Source: Anthoceros angustus
Taxonomy: Eukaryota > Plantae > Anthocerotophyta
Assembly: GCA_010909165.1 (NCBI GenBank)
Contig: VJWM01000193.1
Location: 310,001-374,000 of the forward strand
Reading direction: 5' to 3'
DNA length: 64,000 bases
The translations under genes and the position numbers were made by a program. The stretch's first letter is position 1; every line of letters begins with the position of its first letter. Shown one piece after another: positions 33,237 to 47,229 of this stretch. The notes beneath the pieces are model-generated. The model saw only the letters and a program-made list of their open reading frames with translations, did not search any database and was not told the DNA's origin.

Positions 33237-36052
33237 TTAACTTGGCATTGATAATATGTAGAAGGAAAGGACAGTACAAGGAAGATGAACCATAAAGCAA
33301 TAGACATAGAGGCAACTGCTCCAAGACCACAGAAACTCTGTAGCTTGCCATAATTCTCCTATAGCAAGCCGTGATGGGAGGCCCAACAGGAATTGTCCTA
33401 TCCCAACCAGGCCAAGGGGAGATGACAAGATAGTTAGCAAGTTCCGTAGGATCAAGATGATGACAGCGCTCCTGGAAGTCTCCTTGGTGGTCATCTTCTT
33501 CCAGGTCCGTCGCAGAGGGCTGGCAGTCATACACATAGGGACTAGGGTGATGGCACCCAATATGGCTATGGCATAATTCAAAACTGAAATTACAGCAAGA
33601 CCTATTGTTGCAGCTGCCAGCAGGAAAGCCTTCAGGATCCTCCAGGAGTTGTCCTTCTTGTCAGCAGACGTCAGTTCAGCAAAATCAGAGCTTCTACTTA
33701 CCACTGGCGTGAACTGCAATGCAGCCCACAAGCTCAGGATAGCCAAGGAGGCCCAGGCAGCTACTCTGACCTCGTCATCTGAAAAGTCTCTAACCAAGGG
33801 GATGGATCCGAATGAAGAGTGCCCAAGCATGGAGTGAAGAAGAGGAGGAAGACATGCTACGAGGGCGGACCAGGCATAAACTATGAGAACAACCAGTAAT
33901 GGTTGAATTGATTGTCCACTCAAATTGCTTGGATTAGCTCCCACCACATCCTGTACAACCCTTTTACCTGCCTCCTTCTGTCTACGTTCTCCCCTGCTTT
34001 TTTGGTCTCCACCAGCAAACGACCATAGAGATGCAGCCTCAAGGGGAAAGCTTACAAGCAGTAGGAAAACTGGTATCATGTACGTACTAATTGCTATGAA
34101 CTTGGTTGGAGAAGTCATGACATAGAGGAACAACGAATGATGGAGTTTCTCAAGTAGATTATTAACAGATCGCACCACAAGCTCCAGCAGCCTGCGCACA
34201 GAGACCACTATTTAGAAATATAGACCGTCCAGGTTCAACAACAGCTTGGTCTTTTCAGACATGACCTGCCCAGTCTTTGAAGCGCATCAATCTGACTTGT
34301 AGCATCTGACATCCACCCTCCAGGAAAAAATTGCAGGGTGACAGCATCCACTTGGTAATCCCTGAAAGCCCCGTGAGCTCCTGTTGGCACACCGAGAGCC
34401 TTCACAAGCACAACATAAGAGGGAAGATTCAGTAGGCAATCAAGATCCGTAGTATTGAAGTTCAAAGTTTGTTTCTGACCAATATGTACCTGGTCTGAAA
34501 TTGATTTTGCAAACGTTGCCAGGCCACTGACATAGTCTGAGCCCGTAATGTGGTAGTTCCAATCAACATTCCACTTCCGTAATTGTTTGCTCAGTCTTTC
34601 CAACAGGCCACCTACATTTCGTACCCATGCAGAGTTCAACAATGTTGCTGATGAACCAAGAATCAGGTGAAAACCATGCCCCCATCCTGTTGCTATTGTG
34701 TTGCAGATATTCACAAGGTCAAGATTGGCCATTTGACCATTCAAGCCTTGACCCTGCACCTGGAGGTAGGTCACGCCCTTCTGCCCATATTCTTGCCCTT
34801 GCTGCAGCTCAACTACCAAGCCCGCAGCAATCGTGCCAGCGCGCTTGAAGTCACCCAAAAGCAAGTCATCGGGGTTCTTCCAACAACCACAGCTATTGTC
34901 AATCGGAGAAGGGCTTAAACCATGTTTAGCATCGATGCTCAGACAAGGCTGCTGCTGGCAGACCTCCCCTGACAGTAAGCTCCTGTACCCTGGTGCAGTT
35001 GGCAGAATTGGCTCGTGATACTCTTTCAGCCAGGCAGCCACAGCAGCATAAGCACCATGTCGAGAGTCTGCCACAAGCCAGATAATGTCCTTAGCCAGCC
35101 ACAAAGCCTTGCTAAGGAGCCCAACAACTTCCAGTCCAATCCCTAGAGCTAAAGCATCTTTGGCAGCTATATTCTGGGCGTCGACAGGAGTGACCAAGAC
35201 TATAGCATCATTTCCTTCTCCTCGTGGAGCCCTTATAATGCCAACCACGTTAACAGCTGGGCTTCTGGTCACCTCCTTGTTCTCCCTGTGCACTTGCCAC
35301 TGATAGTCTTGTGACACATTCTCCTTCGAATTTGTAAAGAAGCGAACGGCATCAAAAGGGTTCGCAGACGGGATAAATGGTTGAAAGAAAGAGTCCACTC
35401 CGAGAGCTTCAAAGTTGCTCAACAGCCACTTCCGTATTGCCCTGCATAAGCACAGATTCAAGACCCTTAATTTCAACTAGATCAGGCTCCAAGCGAATAG
35501 CACAATCATTCACTGATCTTCTCTTTTCGAGGGACTGACTCACAATGGTGCATCTGTGCTTTGGGCAATCAAACGCTGGACCTCATCCGCTAACACTCTG
35601 ACATCTCTTGCATTTGCTTCTCCAAAGTGTGCGTCCGCTGACCCTGCAGATAGCACGAGAAACTATGCAGTGTGCTCTGTCACATTCGAGCAGTGCCCCA
35701 TCTTACAGAATGAAACAGACAATTCTCTGACCTGGCATCAGTGCATTTTCAGAGACATAAGTATTCTTGGCCAAGGCCGGCAGCAGCAACAGGACCACCA
35801 ATCCGGCCAAGTAGCAGAACGTGCTTTCCTCTCAAAAGGTTGTAGTCAACGTTAGATACGAGCAAATGAAAACATGAAAGAGAAGCTCAAGGCTGCAACT
35901 CAGCTACTAACACCACTGTAATTCCCCTGAGAATCCGTGGCTCACCTCACCACATGGGCGTGCTTCACCAAAAGCGTTCCAACTCGGACAGCCAGCCTCT
36001 GCTGCTGTTCGTGGGGGCTTGCTGCAGAAGCCATCGTTTTAGCCGGATCCAT
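33237..36052 (-). CDS. GAA1: GPI transamidase component GAA1/GPAA1 (multi-exon)
   Basis: LLLPALAKNTYVSENALMPG, GIIRAPRGEGNDAIVLVTP, WLAKDIIWLVAD, GLNGQMANLDL, HGAFRDYQVDAVT, LLEKLHHSLFLY and C-terminal TM helices, with GT-AG introns. Confidence 0.9.
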
Positions 36053-36163
36053 TTGGCTTGCTTTTCAGGGCACAGCTTCTCAGGTTAAAAATACAGAACT
36101 GCAAACCGAGTGAAAATATAGTTCACAGTTCGGTCGCGGCAGTCTGTGTCTGCTCTTCCAAAG
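36053..36163. promoter_or_regulatory. 111-bp head-to-head interval between the GAA1 and PBC1 start codons (probable bidirectional promoter)
   Basis: Divergent ATGs at 36052 (-) and 36164 (+). Confidence 0.6.
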
Positions 36164-37368
36164 ATGTCGGTAAGTCTGCATCTCGCGACCTGTTCGTGGC
36201 CATGTTCCGTCTCGTGGAATGCGTGTGAACGTGCCTGATGCTTTGGGGCGCGGCAGATTACGACCTACAATGGAAGTGCCCTGATTGCCATGGTCGGCAA
36301 AGGCTGCTTTGCTATAGCCAGCGATCAAAGATTAGGAGTCCAGTTCCAGACAATTGCGACGGACTTTCAACGCATTTTCAAGATACATGACAAGCTCTAC
36401 ATCGGCCTTTCCGGGCTGGCTACTGATGTGCAGACTCTGTAAGCGTGAGCTGCAAATTGCTTTGGCTGCTGCCTGAGTTTGGCTTGTGACTGGGATGAGG
36501 GTTGATTCTCCTCTTGCAGGCACCAGAGGCTTCAATTTCGTCACAAACTCTACCAGCTGCGTGAAGAGAGGGATATGAGACCGGAGACTTTTGCCAGTCT
36601 TGTGTCTGCCATGCTGTATGAGAAGAGGTATGCTGTTCACTCTCAGGTCAGCCGGTTGGTGATCGCTGCTGAGTTCCGTTCTGACTCCAGGAGTTTTTCT
36701 AGGTTTGGACCCTATTTTGCTGAGCCTGTTATCGCGGGCTTGAATTCCGAGGGCGAACCCTTCATCTGCACCATGGATCTCATTGGAGCCAAGTACTTCT
36801 CTCGATGCCTTCTCCGTCAGCTCAAATTCTGTCCTTTTTCTGCTATTCCAAGCTTCCGGGCACTAGTTCATAGGCTTAATCTTTTGAGTGACTTTACCTT
36901 TACAGGCAGCTGGCAAAAGATTTCGTGGTTTCCGGAACTGCTTCTGAATCTCTCTACGGTGCATGTGAATCCATGTACAAGCCCGACCTGGTAAACCCTT
37001 GCTGCATAAGTTGAGACCCCTATTTAATTTCAAGGGCTTGCTGTGTGTGTGCGCTTGAAAACATGACGAGAACCTTGCGGGCTTGTTCACTGCCTTTATC
37101 GATACCTTGCAATTGTACACAACAGGAACCAGAGGAGCTGTTTGAGACCATTTCACAGGCTTTGCTCTCTTCTGTGGATAGAGATTGTGTCAGTGGCTGG
37201 GGTGGCATTGTCTACGTTGTGTAAGCACAAGTTTCAATCCTATCCAGCAGTTTCTTCCTCTTTACTTTCCTGATGCTACCATCTCGTGACCTGTCTCTGA
37301 AAATGTGTCTGTTATACAGGACACCGGATCAGGTCATCGTCCGAACGCTGAAGGGTCGGATGGACTAA
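36164..37368 (+). CDS. PBC1: 20S proteasome beta-3 subunit (multi-exon)
   Basis: MS|[89 protein letters not shown]. Confidence 0.95.
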
Positions 37369-38007
37369 CTTAGCATCAGTCTGCTTACTGAAGGTTAGAT
37401 TTGCCTAGTTTAAACAGCTGGTGGCTAGCCACGTCCTATAGCAACTCACAAAACTTGGTAGTTTGTCTGCAAATCACAAGACACTGCAGGCAGCCAGCAG
37501 CTAGGGGTTGCTACCGGTAGTTCTCACACGAGCATTTTTCGCGTTTCTTGCATTTCAGTATGCCGCCTTGTATCCCATCGTGTGAGAGTTCCCTTCGCTA
37601 CTTTGGACTATGTATTAGCGGTGGCGCCGTGGAGGTCTACCGGAACAGTTGCCATTCGCCTCGTGCAGTGTAGATCCAAGTTTTCCGATCTGGCATGCCT
37701 GATGAAGACTGCGTTGGACGGTGTCGGGGGATCCTGGTATGGTCCATTTCGCAACGGTCTTGGAAAAGCAATCCTCATTTTAAGTTAATACAATTATGTG
37801 CCACGTGTCCTAATCTTCCTTAGTCGCCACTTGTAGGGAGACGAGTGGGTCGATTTTGCATGCAATGGAATCGAGCGGCTAACGGTGAAACTGTCCTCCA
37901 GCACCCTACGCTCTCGACCCAAAGGGAGTTGAATGCTGGTGTAGATAGACTACAATCGAAGGGGAAGTATCAACCAGGCAACCAGCCCAGAAAGCTATTC
38001 GGCCAGA

Positions 38008-39140
38008 ATGGAGGACGGCAAGAGTTGGAGGCACGAGGGGGGAAAGTTCCGGACAAGCTCCAAGAGCTTGAGCCAAAACCAGTCCCTGCAGCAGCCATTT
38101 CTGGGGGGAAAATCTGGACATGGAGTTGGCTCGCCTGACATGGAGAATCAAAGGCAGGAAGTGGACGAGAAGCCGCAAGAGCTCTCTACCTGGGGAGGAG
38201 AGTATGCTAAAAGCATGGTCTATGGTGGGCTTGATGCCATTGTCACAAGTTTTGCCCTTGTTGCCTCAGTTTCTGGTGGAAACTTGCCTTCTGGTATGTT
38301 GCTCCAGGTTCTTGACTGTATCAAGTTTCAGCAATTAGATATATGTAGCAGTCTGGATGGGTGAGCAGGCCTGCAATATTGCAGTGTGTTGCGAATTCAG
38401 CTGCGGAGAGTCACTGCAGGGTACTAACATCGACATTTGCGGTCTTTCAGCGGCTGTGCTAGTTTTGGGGTTTGCCAATCTAGTTGCAGACGGCATATCT
38501 ATGGGCTTTGGAGATTTTCTGTCCAGCACTACTGAGAGAGACTACATGGTCAGCAGGAAGAGGCTGGCTGAGTGGCAGGTCAGAAACAACCGTCACACCC
38601 AAATGCTGGACCTGGTACGAGTTTATGAGGAGCATGGGATGGAAAAGGAGGACGCTGAAAAGGTTTGTGCCCTCAGTCCACTGCATGGAGGATTCACGAA
38701 GTAAGTTCCAGACACCAGTTAATAACTTCCCACCCTCTTATGCATGCTTTTGCCAGGTGGTGGACGTGTTTGCAAAATACAAGGACTTGCTGGTGGATCA
38801 GAAGATGACCTTGAAGGAGGGATTGCAGCCGGACGAAGATGAGACTCCCTGGAAGAACGGCATAGTCACCTTCATCTCTTTCCTGCTCTTCGGATGTACC
38901 CCACTTCTGACCTACCTGATTGCCAGTCCTCTCACCGAAAATCCCCACTACAGATTTGCAGCAGCATGCGTGGTGACTGGCATTGCCCTCATTCTGCTCG
39001 GACTAGCGAAAGCGAAGATCTCCGGCCAAGGATATGTCACATCAGCCCTTGTAGTTCTCTGTAACGGAGGCCTCGCTGCTGCTGCCGCCTATCTGATTGG
39101 CTATTTTCTTACTGATGTATTTGGCATCGATGAAGGCTGA
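38008..39140 (+). CDS. VIT1/CCC1-family vacuolar iron/manganese transporter-like protein (multi-exon)
   Basis: EYAKSMVYGGLDAIVT..VLVLGFANLVADGISMGFGDFLS..PWKNGIVTFISFLLFGCTPLL. Confidence 0.85.
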
Positions 39141-39635
39141 TTCTATCAGTCCAGCCGCTAATCCGATTGTGTACTGGACATCTTTGCACCTGGTTAACTT
39201 GGGTGCAGATGGTAATTGAGCACCTCGTTTTCTTCGCAATCCCTTTCGCTACGCCTTTAGGGAAGAGACCGGCAAAACGGAGGTGATGTGCGGATTATTA
39301 GTGTTTGCCCAACGTGTTGGACTCTCACGCCCACTGGTCACCTCTCACCTGAGGAAACGAGCAGTTGTGTTGCTGAATGGCAGGACCCAATCACGTTCCT
39401 CACACAAATATCAGCTGGGAGAAAGTAGAAGGTTTGGAATCTTACTGCGTAGAAAGAGTGCGAAAAAACAGCAAGCACTTGGACAGGATCGTGCGTCTCC
39501 TTGGCGTCCCTTCTTCCAATAGCGGCTTGGCGGTGTGTCAGTGGTGTCCCTCCCGTCTTCGAGTTCGAAAGCCTCTCCGGCAGACCCCTCGTATGGAATA
39601 AAAAGCTCCGCAGCTGGGAAAGGGCGGCGGGCGCC

Positions 39636-40055
39636 ATGGACAGAAAGGCTCTCTCCAAGTTCCACAGGAGCTTGAGCCAGGTGGATTTCGTGCTGGACCA
39701 AAACCGTGAGCTTATAGACGAGATCAATCGTAACCACGAGGCAAATATCCCTGAGAGCTTCACTCGCAACGTGTCACTGATCACGGAGCTGAATCAAAAC
39801 ATCAAGAAAGTTGTTGATCTCTACTCAGGCATTTCCAGCTCGTTTGCAAGCACGTTTCAGAGTGTGGCAGGCCCAAGGAGGGGCGAGGGGGACGGGGAAG
39901 GGGAGGGTGATGGGGACGGGGACGAGGAAGAGCAAGAGGAAGCGCCAAGAGAGGATCAAGAGGAAACCTCCACCTACACGGTCCCGGTCGGGTCTTCCCT
40001 ACCAGAAGAATCCAGAGGTAGCAGTGATAGCTCGAAGAGGAAGCGTCTCTCGTGA
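39636..40055 (+). CDS. ELF4-like: ELF4-like circadian protein (DUF1313) with acidic C-terminal tail
   Basis: SLSQVDFVLDQNRELIDEINRNHE..RNVSLITELNQNIKKVVDLYSGISSSF. First in-frame ATG at 39636; the listed ORF start is TTG. Confidence 0.85.
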   Translation: MDRKALSKFHRSLSQVDFVLDQNRELIDEINRNHEANIPESFTRNVSLITELNQNIKKVVDLYSGISSSFASTFQSVAGPRRGEGDGEGEGDGDGDEEEQEEAPREDQEETSTYTVPVGSSLPEESRGSSDSSKRKRLS

Positions 40056-41268
40056 TCTCTGCAGCTGGGAGAGTGTGCGGCTCCTGTTGCCTGTCTCCTT
40101 GTACAGTGATGAGACTGAGAGTTTGCGCCTCCTACTGTCAGTCGCCGAAAGATTCCTTGTACAGTGAGACCTCTCCGTGAGCGGAGTCCCGAAGAAGTAC
40201 CGTGAGAAGCAGCATTCGCTTGTGGCATGCTCCAGCAAGATTCTGTAGTTCCATTCTCGCAAGGTTCGGCTTCTCCTGTGACCCCGTCCACTCTGTTGCA
40301 TCCTGCTGTGTTCTGCTATGCTGTTCTCAATCATTTTCTGATTATCTCCTTACCGCTGGTTCACGTCTCAAAGATGTAGGCTTTGTAGGTCTATCAGATC
40401 TCTCTCGATGACATCCAATTGCAGCAATAGAAAGGCAATGTGGCGGACAGAATTCCCAAGGCTGAGTGTCTGATGAGAGCTTTCGCGTGGTGTAGCCAGC
40501 CAGGTGACAGCTTCTTCAATCTTGTTTATAGGACCTGGTATTGAGGACGTCTGCAAAGCAACAAAGCGCAATCACACAGCTTCATCTTCCTGGGCCTTGG
40601 ATGATCAGTAGAGAGGCATTATTAGCATGCAATTACAGAGCTAAGAGAATGCAAGCGAGCGGAGTTGCGGCAGCTCGAGGGTGAGATGTGAGATCGAGAA
40701 CTGAGCCCTAAGAAACGTTTCATTGTTGTGGTCATGAGTTCCGTGCCGCGACTGGACGTCGGTTTGAAACGCAAGGCGGGGCCTCCACGAATCACGCCTC
40801 TTCCGTCCCCTCCTGCTTTCCTCTCACCAACGCTAGGCACGAAGCATGGAACTTCTTTGGGATCGAGGGGGGGTGCCTGCCGAGGTAAGGTGAACAGACT
40901 TGATTCCCGCGTCTGGATCTGTGCGTCGTGGCGGCAGTGGCAAATTGGTCTTGTGGTCGGGTTGTTGACGGCCACTTGATGGAAGACTTGTTCAGCACAG
41001 CGGGTTGCAGATGCAGATGAGGCTTTTGTAGGTCATGCATGGAGGTGGAGGTCTTGGTGCTGATCCATCCGAATAGTTACGCCCTTTTAGGTCTCAATTT
41101 AGGCTCCAGGTTATGCTGCCGAACCCCGTATCTGCTGCGGGATCAGGAGGGGGAGATCTGTGGATTTGGCAACAGATCGTAGCTTCGGGGGCGGCATTTG
41201 CTCCTTCCAGACCGACGAAGGTGTCAGGGTGTGATTTGCGCTAGAAATGGTGATGGTCGTGTAGCACA

Positions 41269-44200
41269 ATGTCGGAGGGTGGCGAGGGCCGTGCGTCCAA
41301 CGAGGCCTCGTCGTTCGCTATGGACCAGAGCGTTGATTTGCTGGCCTCGATAGGTGAGGCCTGTGACTTGGAATGTCATCTCGATCTGGCGGACATCGGC
41401 GAGGATTGGGTGTCGCTCATGATGCTGGATGCCGGATCTGACTCAATCCCTGTTTCAGGAGACATTTCGTTCTCGGATATCTCTTGCACGGAGGTTGGGC
41501 CGAGTAATTGCTCAAGAGAGCAGGTGCACGATGGTTCAGGGTCGGACTCAGGCAGTCAGAGCCTATTCCCAGCCGATACGCTCTGGGATGGCATCGAGTC
41601 TGGCGGCACTTCTGCAACCAGCTCCCTCTTTATGTCTAAGGATGGCTCCGATTCCGATCTGGTTTTTGACACTTCAAGCAACCAGTTGTTTGCTCATCTG
41701 CAGAGCAATTTCCCACACATCTCGTTGAGGAATTCCCCGGTCACAGGCTCTCCATTTAGTCACATGTCTTTCTCCTCTCCTGAGGATGCCTCTAGTTGGC
41801 CCTCACCTCACTCGTCATTCATGGAAACGGAAGGCAGCAGCGGGTTCCTGATTGATGCCGATCTTGCTCTGGAGTGCCTGACAGACCAAGTGGTAGGCTT
41901 TCCCGGATCAGACTTGCCGAATCGTTCTGCTGAGGTCGTGCATTTTGCAGACACCTGTGCTGCCGATGGTGTTAAAAACCAGATTTGTGAAGCAAATTCT
42001 GGCCAGGGAATCACTCCTTCTGGTTCTCAGCTTGTGGTGTTATCATCACAATCAAATTCTGCTACTTCCTCATCAGGCTCCGCGGGCGGCCGTGTTGACA
42101 AAGGCTCTCCACGATGTGGGTCTATCGATGTATTGCGACCTGGCGAGGACCACGACGAGAGCCCTATATCGTCTATGAATCCTATCTCATCAGGAAAGAC
42201 TGGGGACAGGCATTGCACCAGGCTAGAGGGACGCGTGGATCAGCCGGACACCAGAGAAGAAAATATGCGTGATGGCAATGGGGAGGCGCCTAGGACGCGA
42301 AGATATGAGATGGGGGTTGTGTCTTCAGACGAAAGGCTAGGGGAATCCTATCGTGACAGGCCCAAGGTAAGGACTAAATCTGCAAGGAAGACTGAAATGA
42401 ATCGGATTTCCTGTGAGGGGGTTCTCCTGGCCCTGAAGTGATGCTTGACATCTGACCATGACCTGTGTGTTTTGTAGGGCGATAATGGAAACGTCCCTGA
42501 CATCAAGTGTGAGAAGGAGCTGGAGAACGACTTGGTTCACGTGGAAGCCTCTGACGACAGCTCTCCGATTGTTCCCTCACGATGGAAGTACACATCCAAG
42601 AGTGCTCTGAGTGCTGAAGAAAAAGAACAGACATCAAAGGGTACAAAGCGAAAAGGAGAAGATAGATCTCTACCGAGGCCAAGTGGGTCCGCATGCTCTG
42701 ATGGTCAGCATAGTGACGTGAGTGATGGAGACAAGAAAGACACTGCAGGAGATGCAGGAGACGCAGGAGAAGAAGACGATGAGAAGAGGAAGGCTCGGCT
42801 AATGAGAAATCGTGAGAGTGCGCAGCAATCTAGGCAAAGAAAGAAGATTTATGTGGATGAATTGGAGCAGAAGCTTAGGACTATGGCTGCCACGATTGCA
42901 GAGCTCAATGCCACCATCAATCATCTCACTGCAGAGAATGTGAACCTCAGGAGGCAGCTGGGCTATCTATTCCAGCCCAATCCTGCGTTAGCTGGGAGAC
43001 CTCCTGTGATGGCTCCACCATTGGTTCCTCTACCTCCTTATCCTGGCATGTATGGCATGCGACCAATGATCCCGGGTGTCCCTGCCCCACCAATACCAAT
43101 ACCAAGGCTGAAACCACAGTCTTCAGTGTCCAAAACCACGAAGAAAGCAGCAAAGGCACCAGCAGCTGGTGAGGATGTGGGCAGCAATAAGAAGAGGAGG
43201 AGGAAAGCTGCCAAGGCAGCATCCGTTGGTATTCTGGGTCTTTTCTGCTTCATTATGGTAATTGGCCCATATAGCTGGGGCCAATCTGAGCTTGAAAGCA
43301 GCCGGAGGTTGGAACACAGCAACATGGCCAGGGTCGGCAGAGTGCTGAACAGTTGGGAGGATGAGCATGAGCCGAGGGGTTATTGGCTTCCGGTCATGTC
43401 AAGTTGGTCCAGGTCTTTCAGGTGGTCAACAAGACAATATGATACAGATCCAAGCGTTGAGTCCCTGCATGAACGAAGAAGCCCTTACAGATCTAGGGAT
43501 CTCTCCTTTTCCAAACAAGTGAATAGGGAGAGCATCAAGAGAGTGATGAGAAATGCTACTAACATAAGCGGGAGGGCCACTTCTAGGCAGGTGAAAGCCC
43601 GCAGGAGAGAAAATGATGGAGAAAGTCCAGTTGGCACTGGCAGTAAACAAAAAGCAGAAGTAAATTCATCTGCAGTTTTCATAGGTGGGATGCTGTTTGC
43701 AAATGCAAGTGAGCCCTTTCCAGCATCCTTATCAGTTCCACGCAATAACCAGCTTGTGACGATAGAAGGTAGTCTCATCATCCAAGCAATCATAGCTGGG
43801 GATCAAGCTGCTGCTATGAGACATTCTAATCCAAGGAACATGAAGGAAGGGAAGGACAGCAGTGGCAAAGTCTTGCAAGGTGCACCAAAGCATCTTCTGG
43901 AAGGACAAGAGGAACAAGGACTAGCGCTTGAAGGTACTAGTCGGCAGGTTCTTCAGGAGGTATCCCCCAAGTTATCTGGTGAACAGGGAAGTGGAGCACC
44001 TGACAAGGGGTTGGTGAGAGCGTCTGCTGTAAAACCACAGGCTCTCTCGGCGAAGCAAGAGGCGACATACACCAGTAAGTTGTCTCCTGCAATCAAATCA
44101 GGATATCATTTTTCTCAGCTGATTATGGATGATGTCACAGGTGCATCTCTGCCTCCTGGTTCATGAAGCATTAGGCATAGTCGTTGTGGTCGTCGTGTTA

Positions 44201-44744
44201 GGTGTCATGTCCACTGTCAAGGGTAGTATCAGATGCATCTCATTTTCTAGAGATCAAAATTTATTTGGAAAGCTGACGGTTGGGCGTGTTCATTGCAGGT
44301 CTAGGGTTAAGTACTGGCATCTGCACTGAAGTATTCCAGTTTGATGCAACTCCTGTTGTAGGTCATGTTGCAAGACCGCGCGCTGCAAGATCGGACGCTA
44401 CACAGAACAGTACCGACAACAAAGATCAGAGCCGCAATCGTCGGGGCAGAAGAGATCCTTTTGCCATCCCCCTGCCACCTGCCCAAACCCAGGCCTCTGA
44501 GTTGAGAAATAAGACGCATGACCGGACGATCTCTGGAGACGAGGGGTTCAAGGGAAAATCTTCGATGGTGGTTTCCGTCTTCACTGCTCTCCAAGATCTG
44601 AAAGACGAGGAGAGGACAGTGGCGAATGGGGCTAAAGGGGGCACAAAGATCTTTGTTGTCATCCTTGTTGATGGTGTGAAGTACGTGACTTACTCCTGTC
44701 CACTGCCTCCGAGCAAGTCCCATCCGCAGGTTGTGGCTGGGTAG
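41269..44744 (+). CDS. bZIP17/28: ER membrane-tethered bZIP transcription factor, bZIP17/28/49 clade (introns ~42367-42477 and ~44151-44299)
   Basis: bZIP KRKARLMRNRESAQQSRQRKK..L-zipper, TM AASVGILGLFCFIMVIGP, S1P-like RVLN, and the clade-typical C-terminus IFVVILVDGVKYVTYSCPLP. Confidence 0.92.
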
Positions 44745-46493
44745 CAAGCATCTTGGTGAGCAGACAGGTTGTCGGTGCCAAATCTGCCTTGGGGCTGTGC
44801 TGTGGCTATGGGGGAATTGCTGGCGAGTTCGTGGCAGTGCTCGTATCATGTAAGTCTCTTTCCGGGGGTTTTTTTCTGTCACGGTGTTTGACACCTTGGC
44901 AGCTAAGTTTCTGTGCTAGCATAACTTTGAGAAGCTGAAGCAGAACCAGCTTCCTTCGTGATGGGGGTCACTGATAACGGGCTTGTGTTGTGTGCTTGCA
45001 GGGTCCATTACAACCCTCTAGATTCTATTGTACAGAAAGCTCAGTTTAGCACATGTGGCTAGCTGCAACGGCCCTCTCAAATGCGGGACTGTGCATAGAG
45101 CTGGTCGCAGGCCAAACCTCTTAATATTTGATACAGAGAGCCGTGTCCTAGCATGTATTCGATGCAGAGAGTCGTGTCCTATCGCAACGGAAGATCTGCA
45201 GTACTTTTCGGTTGGCCTGCTTGCATTTCGGTTGGCCGGCTTGCGTGTCGGTGGAGAGTGAGAGTCTTGCATTCCGTGCCACTGCTGGAATAGTCATTTC
45301 CTCGACAGCTTCCATCGCATGACTCGGTCTTGCGTCCCACGAGGCCCGGTCAGTCGAATTGGGAGCCCACATGATTTTGACCCCCCAGCTGACCAAACTG
45401 TATTGTTCTGGGTGATGATCGCGGCAAGCCCGCCGTCCCCACGGTAGTTATACATACACATACGTACATATGTGTGATTGCTATAACCCGGTAAATAAAA
45501 TGACCTTAGAAAATATAAAGAGTGAGAGCAATGGATTCTCATAGAATTACCCTGTCCATGTAGGTAGACCATATAACGCCGTGATTAAGCATCCTGAGCT
45601 TAGATCGGTACTTAGATGGGGTGCCTAAAGGGAGTGGATGCCCTTGGTGCAAGTAGCTTAGGCACACCATGGTACAAGTTGTCAAGTACCAAGTCCCATG
45701 ACGGAAATCCGTCCTTAGTGGACTCAAATAAAATTCTTCTTCTTCTTCTTCTGCCCGAGCTTGAAATATAGCTGCAAATATAATTCTTTGATTTTAGGGA
45801 TTATGTATTAGTACAAATCTACTAACATAAATAAAGTTGTTGTTGTTGTTGTGGTGCAGTCCTGGTGCATCTGACTTTTTCTTTCATGAGAAGTAATTAA
45901 TTGCTCACGCCACCATTTGCTCTCACCATATGTTGGATATGATCACATGCATAGCAAAGGCAAGCACTTACCTGTATATCATGCTCTATCTTCTCTAAAA
46001 ATCTTTCTACTATCATGGGCTTATAAATGGTCTTCTTGAATTAGTTTTAAAAAATCTTCATCCAAATGCGTACCTCCACGGTCATGTCTCCAATCAGGGA
46101 AGCCCAGTAAATTCTCAATTGGCTTAGCGATGTCTACAAATTGGTAATATGGATCCACGCGCATGTTTACATATCTACATGTGTATTCCGTGGGTTAGAG
46201 GCTATTTTGCCTTACAAAGCAATGGGGCCTGCCATCAATGCCTCTGTTGTCTCATAGCTTCGCACGGAATGCGATGCTGGTGCGTGCGACATCAACTTGT
46301 CTATGGTGTGGATCGTGATGCTGGTGTGGTTGTGCGATCCACTGCAATGCCAAAGTGTCGAAATGTGTGGCCGCTCCAACAGCAAAATGCCGGCCACGGG
46401 GTGCACTGCGAGGCTGTGGTGGCAATGATGTGTTCCTTCCGCTGAATAAGGGTCTCATTTTCCTAGCATCCTGCTGCATACAAGTGGCCTTTC

Positions 46494-46750
46494 ATGGCGA
46501 TTATAATGGATCAGCCTGTTTCGGGATTACAGTATTTGGTCGATGAGCTTACAAAGGACAACCTGGTGCATTTCAGCAATGTTCCTTTGCTTGTGCAGGT
46601 GGTTGGGTATAAGAAGGGTGTGTCGAAGTTGTATCACGATTGTTTGATTTGTAGCACTGCCATTCGAAGGGATAGAGTGTGCAAAAAATGTGGGCACGAG
46701 GATGCTGGCCAGAGCCTACCTCCCTTGAGGCCTGCTGCCGTTCTTCAAGG
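46494..46750 (+). pseudogene. RPA1-like OB-fold/zinc-ribbon fragment
   Basis: VQVVGYKK..LYHDCLICSTAIRRDRVCKKCGH resembles the Y-x-x-C-x2-C...C-x2-C motif of RPA1 DBD-C. Pattern match only. Confidence 0.35.
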
Positions 46751-47229
46751 CTCCCTCGGACCTTACCCACATCGGAGTTATCACCACTCCTACGCAGCTT
46801 GGCTGGATAAGCCTTATTATCCACGCATATCCCTTATTTCTCACACAAATCCTCAAAAAAAAATGAAAAACCCCCTTACTAATCGATCCGATGGGGAGTC
46901 AAATCATCTGTCCCTTGTCCACACCGCCTACCTGTCAACCTCTTCTTAGTCAAAAGACATCTAAACTTCAAATGCTTGTGGTAAGCCTCAATGCTGCTAT
47001 CGCAATTTGGCCAGCCTGTGGAACTTCCCTAGTTGCTTTAATCCACAATACCATGTTATGGCACCATTGCCATTTGAAACATGCAATAAAAGCAGGCTTA
47101 GTAGTTCCATATATAGTATAAAACAAATTGAGGTCTCAAGGGCTTTAGCTACATCACTTTCTCATTCATCCATGTACACAATCTTGCCTAATGTACTCAT
47201 CAAGTCTCCTTTGGTGGCCTTGGTCTTCA

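Noticed and set aside
39377-39635. N-terminal extension or upstream ORF of the ELF4-like gene
   Set aside because: The extension starts at TTG, and the ATG ORF at 39377 is in another frame with no recognisable homology.
45571-45579. Third copy of the MULE TSD 9-mer ATATAACGC
   Set aside because: One extra 9-mer in 64 kb is expected by chance, and no TIR is adjacent.
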